Assembly: GCA_963815115.1 (NCBI GenBank)
Contig: CAWFFN010000005.1
Span: 1,152,001 to 1,216,000, forward strand
Length of the DNA stretch: 64,000 nt
Direction: 5' to 3'
Source of the DNA: an uncultured delta proteobacterium
Lineage (GTDB): Bacteria > Desulfobacterota > Binatia > DP-6
This document shows, one piece after another, positions 17,798-29,228 of this stretch (its first letter is position 1; the number at the start of each line of letters is the position of its first letter). Both the position numbers and the translations under genes were made by a program. The notes under the pieces are model-generated. The model searched no databases. It was given only the letters and a program-made list of their open reading frames with translations, and was not told where the DNA came from.

Positions 17798-18973
17798 CTA
17801 GCCCTCCAGGGCCTTCACGCCGGGCAGCTCGCGTCCCTCGAGGAACTCGAGCGACGCGCCACCGCCGGTGGAGACATGGGTGACGGCAGCGGTCTTTCCG
17901 GCGCGGGCCAGCGCGGCGACCGAGTCGCCGCCGCCGACGACCGTGACGCCGTCACAGCTCGCCAGCGCCGCCGCCACCGCCATCGTGCCGTGGCTGAACG
18001 CGTCGATCTCGAAGATGCCCATCGGTCCGTTCCAGAGCACGGTCCGGGCCGCGGCGATCTCCGCGGCATAGCGCCGTGCCGTCTCGGGGCCGATGTCGAC
18101 GCCGAGCAGGTCGGCGGGAAACTCGTCGGCCCCTACCACGCGAGTGGACGCGCCGGCCTCGGGCTTGTCTGCCGCGACGTGGTCCATCGGGAGCAGCACG
18201 CCGACGCCCGCTTGCGCGGCGCGCTCCAGGGTCTCGCGCGCCAGCTCGATCTTGTCGTCCTCGACGCGCGAGCGACCCACGGGCTTTCCCTGTGCGCGCA
18301 GGAACGTGTAGGCCATCGCTCCGCCGATCAGGAACGACGTCACGCGCGACAGCAGGTGCTCGATGACGCCGATCTTGTCCGACACCTTCGCGCCGCCGAG
18401 CACCGCCACGAAGGGCTTCTCGGGCGCGCGCATGAGACGCGAGAGCATCTCGACCTCGCGCGCCAGCAGCAGTCCGGCCGCGCTTTCGCGCACCAGCGGC
18501 ACCATGCCGGCCGTGGACGCGTGCGCCCGATGTGCGGCACCGAAGGCATCGTCGACGTAGACGTCCGCCAGGCGGGCGAGCTGGGCGGCGAAGGCGGGAT
18601 CGTTGCGCTCTTCCTCGGCGTGGAAGCGCAGGTTCTCGAGCAGCACGACGTCGCCGCGCTCCATCTTCCCGACCAGCTGCTCCGTCTCGCTGCCGACGCA
18701 GTCGGGTGCGAGCGTGACCGGACGGCCGAGACGCGACGCCAGCACGTCTGCCACGGGCCGGAGCGACAGCTCGGCGCTGCGCTTTCCCTTCGGACGTCCG
18801 AGGTGCGAGGCGAGCACGAGCTTGGCGTCGCGCTCGAGCAGCCAGCGCAGGGTCGGCAGCGTGGCGTCGATGCGGGTGGCGTCGCCGACGCCGCCGTTCG
18901 CGAGCGGCACGTTGAAGTCGGCGCGCACGAACACGCGCTTGCCGGCGACGTCGAGATCGTGCAGAGAGCGCAT
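17798..18973 (-). CDS. pgk: Phosphoglycerate kinase
   Basis: RADFNVP, LLENLRF, GGAKVSDK and STGGGASLE motifs. Confidence 0.98.
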   Translation of the reverse strand: MRSLHDLDVAGKRVFVRADFNVPLANGGVGDATRIDATLPTLRWLLERDAKLVLASHLGRPKGKRSAELSLRPVADVLASRLGRPVTLAPDCVGSETEQLVGKMERGDVVLLENLRFHAEEERNDPAFAAQLARLADVYVDDAFGAAHRAHASTAGMVPLVRESAAGLLLAREVEMLSRLMRAPEKPFVAVLGGAKVSDKIGVIEHLLSRVTSFLIGGAMAYTFLRAQGKPVGRSRVEDDKIELARETLERAAQAGVGVLLPMDHVAADKPEAGASTRVVGADEFPADLLGVDIGPETARRYAAEIAAARTVLWNGPMGIFEIDAFSHGTMAVAAALASCDGVTVVGGGDSVAALARAGKTAAVTHVSTGGGASLEFLEGRELPGVKALEG

Positions 18974-18982
18974 GTCCCGCGC

Positions 18983-19987
18983 CTAGAGCTTCTTGCCGAT
19001 CAGCAGGGACACGTCCCGCATGCGGTTCGAGAAGCCCCACTCGTTGTCGTACCACGACAGCACCTTGGCGAAGTTGCCGTCGATCACGGTGGTGAGCAGG
19101 CTGTCGAAGATCGACGAGTAGGGGCTGTGGTTGAAATCGGCCGAGACGAGCGGCTCGTCGCTGTAGCAGAGAATGCCCTTCAGCGGTCCGCTCGCCGCCG
19201 CGCGCATCGCAGCGTTGATGGCGTCCTTGGTGGTGGGCTTTCCCAGCTCGCAGGAGAGATCGACGAGCGATACGTTCGGCGTCGGCACGCGCACGGCCAT
19301 GCCGTCGAGCTTGCCGGCCAGCTCGGGGATGACGAGTCCGATGGCCTTCGCGGCCCCCGTGCTGGTGGGAATCATCGAGAGGGCGGCGGCGCGGGCGCGG
19401 CGCAGGTCCTCGTGCGGCAGGTCCAGGATGCGCTGGTCGTTGGTGTACGCGTGCACGGTCGTCATCAGACCTCGGGTGATGCCGAAGCTCTCGTGCAGCA
19501 CCTTGGCGATCGGCGCCAGGCAGTTGGTGGTGCACGACGCGTTCGACACGACGTGATGCTTCCCCGGGTCGTAGGCGGCGTGGTTCACCCCGTACGCGAT
19601 CGTGAAGTCGGCGCCCTTCGCGGGGGCCGAGATGATCACCTTCCTGGCGCCGGCCTCCAGGTGCTTGGCGGCCTTGTCCCGATCGGTGAAGAGGCCGCTG
19701 CACTCGAGCACCAGGTCCACGCCGAGGGCCTTCCAGGGCAGCCTGGCGGGGTCGCGCTCGGCGAGCACCTTGACGCTGCGCTGGCCGACCACGAGTGCGC
19801 CGCCCTCCGCCTTCACCTCGTGGGCGAGCGTTCCGTGTATCGAATCGTACTTCAGGAGGTGGGCGAGGGTCTCGGCGCTGGTGATGTCGTTCACCGCCAC
19901 GAAGTCGAGCTGATCCTCGTCGAGACAGGCCCGGAACACGTTGCGGCCGATTCGTCCGAAGCCGTTGATGCCCACACGGATCGCCAT
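18983..19987 (-). CDS. gap: Type I glyceraldehyde-3-phosphate dehydrogenase
   Basis: [17 protein letters not shown] and WYDNEWG motifs. Confidence 0.98.
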   Translation of the reverse strand: MAIRVGINGFGRIGRNVFRACLDEDQLDFVAVNDITSAETLAHLLKYDSIHGTLAHEVKAEGGALVVGQRSVKVLAERDPARLPWKALGVDLVLECSGLFTDRDKAAKHLEAGARKVIISAPAKGADFTIAYGVNHAAYDPGKHHVVSNASCTTNCLAPIAKVLHESFGITRGLMTTVHAYTNDQRILDLPHEDLRRARAAALSMIPTSTGAAKAIGLVIPELAGKLDGMAVRVPTPNVSLVDLSCELGKPTTKDAINAAMRAAASGPLKGILCYSDEPLVSADFNHSPYSSIFDSLLTTVIDGNFAKVLSWYDNEWGFSNRMRDVSLLIGKKL

Positions 19988-20161
19988 GCCCAGAACCTCT
20001 TTCTCCCGGAAAATGCCCGCGCCGACGGGCGCTTGGCGTATACCCAGCGTGCGCCGGCAGGGTCAAGGCGAGTGGCCGGCGGGTTTGACGCTCACCGACC
20101 CCTGCGATACACGCAGCGCAGTGGTGTGGAGAGGCGGCCGCGGCCCGGCCCTCATCGGCGC

Positions 20162-20932
20162 ATGGTTCTTCAGGTCCTGGGTCTTCTGATCGGTCTCGGG
20201 ACGGCCGCCGCGCAGACGAACGGGCTCGCGGTGGAGCCCTTGCCCGTCCCGCAGCGCGAGGTCTGGGAGCTGCTCATCGGCTCGGGCTGGATGGTTCGCC
20301 TCGTACTGGTGGTGCTGCTCGCGACGTCGATCGGCTCCTGGGGAATCGCGTTCGCCAAGGGACGTGAGATGCGCCGCGCCCGGCGCCAGTCCGGTCGCTT
20401 CATCGACGTCTTCTGGGAAGCGAAGAACCTGAGCGCCATCCAGGCAGCGAGCAGCGAGATGAAGGAGAGCCCGGTTGCCCAGGTCTTCCGGGCCGGTTAC
20501 CAGGAGCTGCAGCGGCTGACGCGGGCGAAGCGCGGGGCGGGCGAGGACGCCGACTCCGAGTTCGGGGGGATCGAGACCGTGCAGCGCGCCATGCAGCGGG
20601 CCCGGACGCAGGAGGTGACGCGGCTCGAGCGCGGGCTCACGTTTCTCGCCACCACCGCGAGCACGGCCCCCTTCATCGGGCTCTTCGGCACGGTCTGGGG
20701 GATCATGACCGCGTTCATGGGACTCTCCACCACGACGTCGTCGAGCATCCAGGCCGTCGCTCCGGGAATCGCCGAGGCGCTCATCGCGACGGCCGTCGGG
20801 CTCGCGGCGGCCATTCCCGCGGTCGTCATGTACAACCGTTTCGCGCGCCAGGTTCGCGTGTTGACTGCCGAGATGGACACCTTCGGCGCAGAATTCCTGA
20901 ACATCGCCGAGCGGCATTTTCTGAAGAAGTGA
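20162..20932 (+). CDS. tolQ: TolQ
   Basis: PFIGLFGTVWGIM and APGIAEALIATA motifs; first gene of the tol-pal cluster. Confidence 0.92.
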   Translation: MVLQVLGLLIGLGTAAAQTNGLAVEPLPVPQREVWELLIGSGWMVRLVLVVLLATSIGSWGIAFAKGREMRRARRQSGRFIDVFWEAKNLSAIQAASSEMKESPVAQVFRAGYQELQRLTRAKRGAGEDADSEFGGIETVQRAMQRARTQEVTRLERGLTFLATTASTAPFIGLFGTVWGIMTAFMGLSTTTSSSIQAVAPGIAEALIATAVGLAAAIPAVVMYNRFARQVRVLTAEMDTFGAEFLNIAERHFLKK

Positions 20933-21351
20933 GCATGGCCTTCGGGGGACCGGGCAGCGGCGACTCCATCGCCGACATCAACGTGACGCCGCTGGTGGAC
21001 GTCATGCTGGTGTTGCTCATCATCTTCATGGTGACGGCGCCCATCCTGCAGCAGGGCGTCGCCATAGACCTGCCGAAGACCACGGCCGGGGCTCTCGCCG
21101 GCGCGGAGGAGCAGCTCGTCGTCAACATCGCGAAGACCGGTCAGGTCTACCTGAACGACACGCCGTGCACGCTCTCCCAGCTCACGGAGAAGCTGCGCGC
21201 GATCGGCTCGGCGCATCGCGACCGCCCGATCTACGTCCGTGCCGACCAGGCGGTGCCCTATGGACAGGTCATGCGGGCGATGGCCGCGGTACGCGAGGCC
21301 GGCCTCGTGCGGGTCGGGCTGGTGACGGAACCGCCGCCCGAGCCACGATAG
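20929..21351 (+). CDS. tolR: TolR
   Basis: INVTPLVDVMLVLLIIFMVTAP. Confidence 0.93.
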   Translation: MSMAFGGPGSGDSIADINVTPLVDVMLVLLIIFMVTAPILQQGVAIDLPKTTAGALAGAEEQLVVNIAKTGQVYLNDTPCTLSQLTEKLRAIGSAHRDRPIYVRADQAVPYGQVMRAMAAVREAGLVRVGLVTEPPPEPR

Positions 21352-21364
21352 GAAGCGATAGGGA

Positions 21365-22640
21365 ATGTCGCGCACCCTGCCTCTCGGGATCGCCCCCGAG
21401 TGGGACCGGGACTTCACCGTCATGGTGGGCGTCTCGGCGCTGCTGCACGCGGCGCTGGGGGCGCTCGTCGTGTTCCTGATCACGCTCGCGCCCGTACCGC
21501 TCCCTCCGCTGCAGTCGTACACCGTCGAGCTGACCGATCCGAGCGCACTGGGCGGCCGGCTGGCCTTCGGCCCGCTCGATCGCCCGCTCGGCCGGCCGGC
21601 ACGGATCGCCCCCGCCAGCGGCGGGGCAGCCGAGGGGCCGGCCCGGACGGGCGAGCCGGCGCCGGTGGCCCCGCCGGAGGCGCCCAAGCCGGTGAAGGTG
21701 GCGGAGGCGCCGCCGCCGACGGCTCCTCCGGCGACGACGCCCCCGGCGACCCTGCCGCCGAAACCGGCGCCGCCTGCGGACGCCGTGGCGGTGCCGAAGG
21801 TCACCACCGAGCCACCCAGGCAGGTCGAGAAGCCCAGGCCGGTGGAGACCGCCAAGCCGACGCCCGTCGAGCCCGCGAAGCCGAGGCCGGCCGAGGCCGC
21901 CAAGCCGAAGCCCGTGGAGGCGGCGAAGCCGCCGCCGGCTGCCACACCGCTCGAAGCGGCGAAGGTCAAGGCGAAGACCCCACAGCCGACGCCGCCCGAG
22001 CCGAAGCCGGCGCCGGCGAAGGCCCAGGCCCATGCCGCCGTCCAAGCCAACCGAAGTGGCGGAGGTCCCGAGCGCGGCCCCCATGAAAGCGGGCGAGAGC
22101 AGGCCGGCGACCGTGAGACCGGGCGAGGCGAAGACGCCGCCGCCTGCGGCGCCCGCGACCGGTACCGAAGGAACGGGGAGCGGCGGATCGGCAGAGGAGA
22201 AGGTGGACGAGAAATTCGCCGCCGCCGCCGAGCATTGGCGGAGCCGCATGGCGAGCGGCGGCGGCGGGCTCGACGGCGCCGCCGCCGAGCACGGTCCCAT
22301 CGGCGAAGGCACGCCGGGGGAAGGCGGTGGAGGCACGGTCGTCGGGACCGAGTTCCTGGCCTACCGACAGCGCATCTTCGGCATCATCAAGACCAACTGG
22401 GTGCAGGCCGACCGCAAGTCCAAGCTCGTCGCCCTGGTGCGCTTCGAGATCACGCCCGAGGGTGAGATCGGCAACGTGCGGCTGGAGCGCAGCTCGGGCG
22501 ACAAGGCCTACGATCTGTCGGTCATGCGCGCCGTCGAGCGCTCCAGCCCGCTCCCGCCGCCGCCCGAGCAGCACCGCGACGCCTTCCACGAGGTGGTGAT
22601 CGAGTTCCATTCCGAGGAGGGAGGACGCGGAACGGGATGA
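21365..22640 (+). CDS. tolA: TolA (apparent +1 frameshift near 22025)
   Basis: N-terminal TM with SxxxH motif; P/K/A-rich linker; TonB_2-like C-terminal domain in a second frame. Confidence 0.8.
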
Positions 22641-23947
22641 GACGCATGGCCCTCATCGGCGCGGCGCTGCTCGCGCTGTTCGCCACCGCGCCGGCGTACG
22701 CCGTGGTCACGGGGAGCATCTTCGGTCCCGGCAGCGAGTCGTTCGCGATCGCCGTCGTGCCGCCCAGGAGCACCGGCGGCGGCACCGCCGCGTCGCTGGC
22801 GCAGCAGTTCGCGCGCGTGCTGTCCCGTGACCTGGAGCTCTCCGGGTACTTCCGGGTGCTCGACCCGCGCACCTTCGTCGAGGATCAGCAGACCGCCGGC
22901 GTGACCGCCGACGCCATCGACTTCGTCAGCTGGGCTTCCATCGGCGCGCAGCAGCTCGTGAAGGGCACGATCGACGGCGACGGCGATTCCGTCACCATCG
23001 AGGTGAGACTGTTCGACGTCGCGGAGCGGCGGGACCTGGCGGACTCCGGACGGCGGCTCCAGGGATCACGCGCGGACGTCCCTCGGCTGGCTCACCGCTA
23101 CGCCGATCAGCTGCTCGCGGTGGTCACCGGAGAGCGCGGTCCCTTCGACTCGAAGATCGCGCTCACCAGCACCCGCGGCGGTCGCCTGAAGGACGTCTAC
23201 GTCTACACCTTCGACATGACGGTGCCGGCACGGCTCACCAACGAGCGTTCCATCACCGTCGCGCCGGCGTGGCGTCCCGACCAGCGCAGCGTCCTCTTCG
23301 CATCCTATCGCGAGCACCAGCCCCGGCTCTTCGAGGTGGACCTGACGAGCCGGGCCGTCGCCCAGTTCTCGACCGATGCGCGGGTCTACATCGGCGGCGC
23401 CTGGTCGCCCGACGGCACGCAGGTCCTCGCCACGCGTGAGGACGACGGCAACACGGACATCGAGCTGCTCGATCGCTGGGGCGCGGTCGTGCGGCGCCTC
23501 ACCGATCACTGGGGCATCGACGTCTCGCCCGCCTGGGCGCCCGACGGGCGGCGGTTCGCGTTCTGCTCCAGCCGCTCCGGCTCGCCGCAGATCTACACCA
23601 TGGCGATCGACGAGAAGGAGCCCACCCGCGTCTCGCGGACCGGCGCCTACAACACCTCGCCGGCGTGGTCCCCGAAGGGCGACCTGGTCGCCTGGGCCAC
23701 GCGGACCGGCGACACGTTCCAGATCGTGGTCGCCCGCGCCAACGGCGCGGACGCGAAGACCATCACGGGCGCCGGCAGCAACGAGGATCCGTCGTGGGCG
23801 CCGGACGGGCGCTACCTGGTGTTCTCGTCGTCGCGCAGCGGACGGCGCACGCTGTGGCTCGCCGACCGCGACGGCCGGACTCAGAAAGAATTGACCACCG
23901 GGGGTGGCGATGATACGTCGCCGGCGTGGTCGTCGCGGTCCGAGTGA
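22637..23947 (+). CDS. tolB: TolB
   Basis: Signal peptide; PD40 repeats (PAWSP, PSWAPDG). Confidence 0.93.
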   Translation: MRRMALIGAALLALFATAPAYAVVTGSIFGPGSESFAIAVVPPRSTGGGTAASLAQQFARVLSRDLELSGYFRVLDPRTFVEDQQTAGVTADAIDFVSWASIGAQQLVKGTIDGDGDSVTIEVRLFDVAERRDLADSGRRLQGSRADVPRLAHRYADQLLAVVTGERGPFDSKIALTSTRGGRLKDVYVYTFDMTVPARLTNERSITVAPAWRPDQRSVLFASYREHQPRLFEVDLTSRAVAQFSTDARVYIGGAWSPDGTQVLATREDDGNTDIELLDRWGAVVRRLTDHWGIDVSPAWAPDGRRFAFCSSRSGSPQIYTMAIDEKEPTRVSRTGAYNTSPAWSPKGDLVAWATRTGDTFQIVVARANGADAKTITGAGSNEDPSWAPDGRYLVFSSSRSGRRTLWLADRDGRTQKELTTGGGDDTSPAWSSRSE

Positions 23948-23963
23948 GGCCACGAGCGTGCGC

Positions 23964-24497
23964 ATGACGAGGGCGAGGAGGACGCGGGGCTGGGTGCTGG
24001 CGCTCTGTGCCCTGGTCGCTCTCGGCGGGTCCGCCTGCAAGAAGAAGGGCCCATCCCCGAACGAGAACGCCGAGGCGCCCGAGAGCGGCATCGGCGAGGA
24101 AGGCCTCGGTGGGGGAGGTAGCCTCGACCGGGCCCGGGAAGGGCTCGGGGCCGCCGAGGGGGGTCCCCTGCAGGACGTGCACTTCGACTACGACAGCGAC
24201 GATCTCGACGAGACGGCACGCGGAACCCTCGACCAGAACCTCCAGTGGCTGCGTGACAATCCGAAGGCGAGGGCCGAGCTCGAAGGCCATTGCGACACCC
24301 GGGGGACCATCGAGTACAATCTGGCCCTCGGTGCCAGGCGCGCGAAGGCGGTGAAGGACTACCTCACCGGCCAGGGACTCGCCGGCGAGCGCCTGTCCAC
24401 GATCAGCTACGGGAAGGAGCTGCCCCTGTGTCAGGAGGAGACCGAGGAATGCTGGGCGCGCAACCGTCGCGTGCATTCCGTCGTGGCCGGCCAGTGA
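23964..24497 (+). CDS. pal: Peptidoglycan-associated lipoprotein Pal
   Basis: Lipobox GSAC; FDYD, EGHCDTRGTIEYN, SYGKE and NRR motifs. Confidence 0.95.
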   Translation: MTRARRTRGWVLALCALVALGGSACKKKGPSPNENAEAPESGIGEEGLGGGGSLDRAREGLGAAEGGPLQDVHFDYDSDDLDETARGTLDQNLQWLRDNPKARAELEGHCDTRGTIEYNLALGARRAKAVKDYLTGQGLAGERLSTISYGKELPLCQEETEECWARNRRVHSVVAGQ

Positions 24498-25392
24498 AGC
24501 GTCTGGTTTTGCGTGCGGCTGCGGTCGCGCTCGCCATCGGGCTCGCCGGGTGCGCGACGCGCGCGGACCTTCTCGACCAGGATCGCCGGCTCCGCGGCAT
24601 GATGCGCGAGCAGGGACGCTCGATCGCGCAGGTGAAGCGCGAGGTCGAGCGCCTCCGCGCCGACGTCGAGGAGGGTGGCCACCGCACCAGCAGGGCGCCC
24701 GAGCCCGTGCCCGAGCACGAGCGCCTCGGCGACCTCGAACGCAAGGTGCAGCAGCTCGAGTCCGGCTCGAAGCAGATCGGCATGACCCTGTCGCCCGAGG
24801 GCATGTCGACCGAGGAGCCGGCAGCCGACACCGGCAGCACCGGCGAGACGCCGCCCGCTGCCGGCGAGACGCCGACCACCACCCTCCCTCCGCAGCAAAC
24901 GGCGGCGCTCGCGCCGCCCCCTCCACCGCCGCCTCCCCCCCGCCGCCCGCGGCCGTCGACGAGGAATGGAAGCGCGAGGTCGCCCAGGACCAGGCCGTCG
25001 CGGGCACCATGGGCGTGCCCGAGCGCGCGGACTACCTGAACGCGCTCGAGGGGCTATCGCGGGGCGACTGCTCGAAGGCGGTGCCGAAGCTGACCGCGAT
25101 CTCGTCGGGCTCCAAGGGCTCGCCGCTGGCCGACAACGCGCTCTACTGGCAGGCGCGCTGCGCCGAGACGCGGGGTGACCAGAACGGCGCGGTGAGCAGG
25201 TTCTACGACGTCGTTCAGCGCTACCCGAAGAGCGACAAGGCACCGGCGGCGCTCTGGCAGCAGGGCAAGCTCTTCCTGCGCATGGGCGACGCCCCCGACG
25301 CACGGCTGTCGATGTCGAAGCTCATCAAGGACTATCCGGCGTCGAGCGAGGCCGCACTGGCACGCCAGAAGCTGGCCGAGCTCGACCAGTAA
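24494..25392 (+). CDS. cpoB: CpoB/YbgF-like TPR lipoprotein (apparent -1 frameshift at C7 run 24935-24941)
   Basis: Lipobox LAGC and coiled coil; TPR segment ADNALYW...YPKSDKAPAAL in another frame; follows pal. Confidence 0.8.
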
Positions 25393-25432
25393 CTTCAAAG
25401 GCGTCCGGGCCTGGGCTATACGGGCCGCAGCG

Positions 25433-26407
25433 ATGCGCGTGATCCGCCACCTGGCGCACGTATTCCCGCCCCTCCGGCGCGTCGTGCTCACGCTCGGCAA
25501 CTTCGACGGCGTCCATCTCGGGCACCAGGCGATCGTGCAGCGCGCGGTCAGCGAGGCGCGCGCGCTCGGCGGTCAGGTCGTCGTGCTCACGTTCCACCCG
25601 CACCCGGTGGCGGTCCTCGCGCCCGAGCGCGCGTCGCCGCTCATCCAGTCGCTGCGCGATCGCCTCGTGCTGCTTCGTGACCTCGGCGCCGACGTGACCG
25701 TGGTGCAGCGGTTCACGCAACGCTTCGCCGCCCTCGAGCCGGAGGCGTTCGTGCGCGAGTTCCTGGGCAACCATCTGGAGCTCCTGCACGTCGTCGTGGG
25801 GAACAACGTCAGCTTCGGACACGGGCGCGCGGGGACGGTGGACACCCTGCGCGCTCTCGGCCCGCGCCTGGGATTCGCGGTCGACGCCGTCGGCCCCGTG
25901 ACCGTCGGGGAGGAGCAGGTGAGCAGCACGGCGCTCCGCCGCATGGTCGCCGCGGGTGACGTGCGCCGCGCGCGGCTACTGCTCGGGCGACCGGTGACGC
26001 TGCGTGGCCGCGTGGTGCGCGGCGAGCAGCGCGGCCGGACCCTCGGCTTCCCGACGGCCAACCTGCATCAGCCGAGCGGCCTCCTGCTGCCGGCCGACGG
26101 CGTGTACGCCGTGTGCGCACGGCTCGACGGGCGGCCCCATCCCGCCGTGCTGAACATCGGCGTGCGCCCCACCTTCGGGGTGCTCCGGCGCACCGTCGAG
26201 GCACACCTGCTCGACTTCGACGGCTCGCTCTACGGGCGCTGGCTCGTGCTCGAGCTGGTCGACCGCCTGCGCGGCGAGCAGCGCTTCACGGGTCCCGAGG
26301 CGCTGCGCCAGGCCATCGCCGCCGACGTGACCCGCGCCCGCGAGGTCCTGGCCGCTCCTGCCGCGACCCGAGACTTCGTCTCGGGTCGGGATGGAGAGCG
26401 AGAATGA
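25433..26407 (+). CDS. ribF: Bifunctional riboflavin kinase/FAD synthetase
   Basis: GNFDGVHLGH, GRTLGFPTAN and EAHLLDF motifs. Confidence 0.96.
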   Translation: MRVIRHLAHVFPPLRRVVLTLGNFDGVHLGHQAIVQRAVSEARALGGQVVVLTFHPHPVAVLAPERASPLIQSLRDRLVLLRDLGADVTVVQRFTQRFAALEPEAFVREFLGNHLELLHVVVGNNVSFGHGRAGTVDTLRALGPRLGFAVDAVGPVTVGEEQVSSTALRRMVAAGDVRRARLLLGRPVTLRGRVVRGEQRGRTLGFPTANLHQPSGLLLPADGVYAVCARLDGRPHPAVLNIGVRPTFGVLRRTVEAHLLDFDGSLYGRWLVLELVDRLRGEQRFTGPEALRQAIAADVTRAREVLAAPAATRDFVSGRDGERE

Positions 26408-26430
26408 GACGTGATGATCAGTGCGGCCGT

Positions 26431-26580
26431 CGTGCCGCGGCCGGCGAAGCCGGCGCGGCAGACGTTCCGGAGCGCGAGGGGGTCGTTGGGTCGGCACGCT
26501 TGCAGATGCCGCAGGACTGGCTGAGTCAGAGCTTCGGGCGAGCTACGTTTTGCCGCGCCGGCTTTGCCGGCCGCGGCACG
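26431..26580. repeat. Inverted REP-like doublet (REPIN/BIME-like)
   Basis: 26431-26465 and 26545-26580 are inverted ~35-bp copies, each itself a GC-rich hairpin. Confidence 0.8.
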
Positions 26581-26657
26581 GCATCCGCCCGATCCACCGA
26601 ACGCCACACGTTCGCCTCCGCTCTCGACCCGAGACGGAGTCTCGGGTCGCGCTCCTA

Positions 26658-27629
26658 GTGGCGCGCGCGAGCCGGCTCGTGGTGCGCGTGCCGGTGGCGG
26701 CGGCCGGCATGCGGCTCGACCGCTTCCTGGCCACCCTGCCGGAGCTCGGGACGCGCTCGCGTGCGAAGGGCCTGATCGACGACGGTCGGGTCGCGGTCGA
26801 CGGATTGCCGCGCAAATCGGCCCACGCGGTCAAGGCGGGAGAGCGGATCGCCGTCACGGTGCCGCCGCCGGAGCCAACGGGCGTCGAGCCCGAGGCCCTG
26901 CCACTCGTCGTCCTCTTCGAGGACGCCCATCTCCTCGCCATCGACAAGCCGCCGGGCATGGTGGTTCATCCTGCTCCGGGCGTGCGGCGGGGCACGGTGG
27001 TCAACGCCGTCCTGCACCGCCTCGGCGCGCTGGAGACGGGCGGGGATCCGGAGCGCCCGGGAATCGTGCACCGCCTCGACCGCGACACCTCGGGCGTGCT
27101 GCTGGTCGCGCGCACCCCGCAGGCGCTCGAAGGACTGGCACGGCAGTTCCGGGAACGCACCCTCTCGAAGCGCTACCTTGCGGTGGTGCACGGCGTGGTA
27201 CGACCCGGCACCGGCGTGATCGACCAGGCGGTCGGTCGTCACCCGCTGGAGCGCCAGCGGATGAGCGTCGGCACGAGGCGCGGCCGGGCCGCCGTCACGC
27301 GCTTCGAGGTGGTCGAGCGCTTCCGGGGCGCCACGTTGATGCGCCTGACCCCCGAGACCGGCCGCACACATCAGATACGCGTGCACCTCGCGGCGCTCGG
27401 CCATCCCATCGTCGCGGACCGGGTCTATGGCGGCATCCGGGGGCGCCGCAGCCCGTCGATTCCCCCGGCGGTCGCGGCCGCGCTCGAGGCCTGTCCCCGC
27501 CAGGCGCTGCATGCCGAGGCCATCACGTTCACGCACCCGGTCTCCGGAGTGCGGCTGGAGGTCCGAGCGGCACTGCCGCCGGATCTCGTACGGCTGCTCG
27601 ATTCCCTGCGGAGCACTTTGCTGGCTTGA
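26658..27629 (+). CDS. rluD: RluA/RluD family pseudouridine synthase
   Basis: S4 domain RLDRFL; DKPPGMVVHP, HRLDRDTSG and GRTHQIRVH motifs. Start uncertain. Confidence 0.9.
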   Translation: MARASRLVVRVPVAAAGMRLDRFLATLPELGTRSRAKGLIDDGRVAVDGLPRKSAHAVKAGERIAVTVPPPEPTGVEPEALPLVVLFEDAHLLAIDKPPGMVVHPAPGVRRGTVVNAVLHRLGALETGGDPERPGIVHRLDRDTSGVLLVARTPQALEGLARQFRERTLSKRYLAVVHGVVRPGTGVIDQAVGRHPLERQRMSVGTRRGRAAVTRFEVVERFRGATLMRLTPETGRTHQIRVHLAALGHPIVADRVYGGIRGRRSPSIPPAVAAALEACPRQALHAEAITFTHPVSGVRLEVRAALPPDLVRLLDSLRSTLLA

Positions 27630-27654
27630 CAGCCCCGGGCGGTTTCCCTACCTT
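27626..27654 (+). promoter_or_regulatory. Sigma-70 promoter of rho
   Basis: TTGACA-17-TACCTT. Confidence 0.65.
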
Positions 27655-27791
27655 CCGCCTCGGCCGGTCGAGGCCGGCTCCCATCTGCAGCGAGATTCAC
27701 GTCACTTCCGACCCGATATCCCGCCACTCCCGGCGCTCGGGCGTCCATCTCTGATCGTCATGTCCCTCGCGTACCTTCGAAGGCACCGCAC

Positions 27792-29228
27792 GTGAGCCCC
27801 CGAGAACGCTCGTCCACCGAGACCACCACCCGCCCGCGGTCGAAGATCGTCCGGGCGGTCGTGGCGGAGGCGGAGGCGATCGCGGCCGCCGTCCCGGCAA
27901 CCGCGCCCGGGGTCTCGAATGGCGAGCCCGCGCCGGTGGAGGAGCCCGCCGCGCCGTCTCCGGCGTCCAACGTCCCGGCGCTGAACCTGCAGGAGCTGAA
28001 GGAGAAGAAGATCGGCGAGCTCGCCACCCTGGCGAAGGAGATGCGCATCGAAGGGGCTGCGGCGCTCCGTCGTCAGGAGCTCATCTTCGCCATCCTCCAG
28101 GCCCAGGCCGAGCTCGACGGGGCGGTGAGCGGGGAGGGCGTCCTCGAGATCCTGCCCGACGGCTTCGGGTTCCTTCGCTGTCCGGACTACAACTATCTGC
28201 CCGGTCCCGACGACATCTACGTCTCTCCGAGCCAGATCCGGCGCTTCAACCTGCGCACCGGCGACGTCGTGTCGGGACAGATCCGCCCTCCCAAGGAGGG
28301 CGAACGGTACTTCGCGCTCCTGAAGGTCGAGACCATCAACTTCGAGGAGCCCGAGCGCGCGCGGGAGAAGATCCTGTTCGACAACCTGACGCCGCTCTAT
28401 CCGCAGGAGCAGCTGCGCCTGGAGTTCGAGCAGCAGGAGTTCACGACCCGGATCATCGATCTGCTCACCCCGGTCGGCAAGGGACAGCGCGGCCTCATCG
28501 TGGCGGCGCCCCGCACCGGCAAGACGATGATGCTGCAGAACATCGCGCACGGCATCACCGCCAACCATCCCGCCGTCGTCCTGATCGTGCTCCTCATCGA
28601 CGAGCGTCCCGAGGAGGTCACCGACATGCAGCGGTCGGTGCGCGGCGAGGTCGTCAGCTCGACGTTCGACGAGCCGCCGACCCGCCACGTTCAGGTCGCC
28701 GAGATGGTCATCGAGAAGGCGAAACGCCTGGTCGAGCACGGCCGTGACGTGGTCGTCCTCCTCGACTCGATCACGCGCCTGGCGCGCGCCTACAACTCCG
28801 TGGTGCCGCCGAGCGGGAAGATCCTCTCCGGCGGCGTCGACTCGAACGCGCTGCGCGGGCCGAAGAAGTTCTTCGGCGCCGCCCGCAACATCGAGGAGGG
28901 CGGCAGCCTCACCATCCTCGGCACGGCGCTGGTCGACACCGGGAGCCGGATGGACGAGGTCATCTTCGAGGAGTTCAAGGGCACCGGCAACATGGATATC
29001 CACCTCGACCGGCGCCTCATGGACCGGCGCATGTTCCCCGCCATGGACGTCACCCGCTCGGGCACCCGCAAGGAGGAGCTGCTCCTTCCCCGCGAGGTGC
29101 TCAACCGGGTCTGGATTCTCCGCAAGCTCCTGACCCAGCTGAACACGGTGGAGGCCATGGAGTTCCTGCACGACAAGATCAGGGGAACGAAGGAGAATCA
29201 GGAGTTCCTGGATTCGATGAGCCAGTGA
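27792..29228 (+). CDS. rho: Transcription termination factor Rho
   Basis: DGFGFLR, GKGQR, APRTGKT and SGTRKEELL motifs. Confidence 0.98.
   Translation: MSPRERSSTETTTRPRSKIVRAVVAEAEAIAAAVPATAPGVSNGEPAPVEEPAAPSPASNVPALNLQELKEKKIGELATLAKEMRIEGAAALRRQELIFAILQAQAELDGAVSGEGVLEILPDGFGFLRCPDYNYLPGPDDIYVSPSQIRRFNLRTGDVVSGQIRPPKEGERYFALLKVETINFEEPERAREKILFDNLTPLYPQEQLRLEFEQQEFTTRIIDLLTPVGKGQRGLIVAAPRTGKTMMLQNIAHGITANHPAVVLIVLLIDERPEEVTDMQRSVRGEVVSSTFDEPPTRHVQVAEMVIEKAKRLVEHGRDVVVLLDSITRLARAYNSVVPPSGKILSGGVDSNALRGPKKFFGAARNIEEGGSLTILGTALVDTGSRMDEVIFEEFKGTGNMDIHLDRRLMDRRMFPAMDVTRSGTRKEELLLPREVLNRVWILRKLLTQLNTVEAMEFLHDKIRGTKENQEFLDSMSQ

Noticed and set aside
17876-20161. N-terminal 760 aa of the 1018-aa + strand ORF
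   Set aside because: Antisense shadow of pgk and gap in high-GC DNA; only the TolQ part from 20162 is credible.
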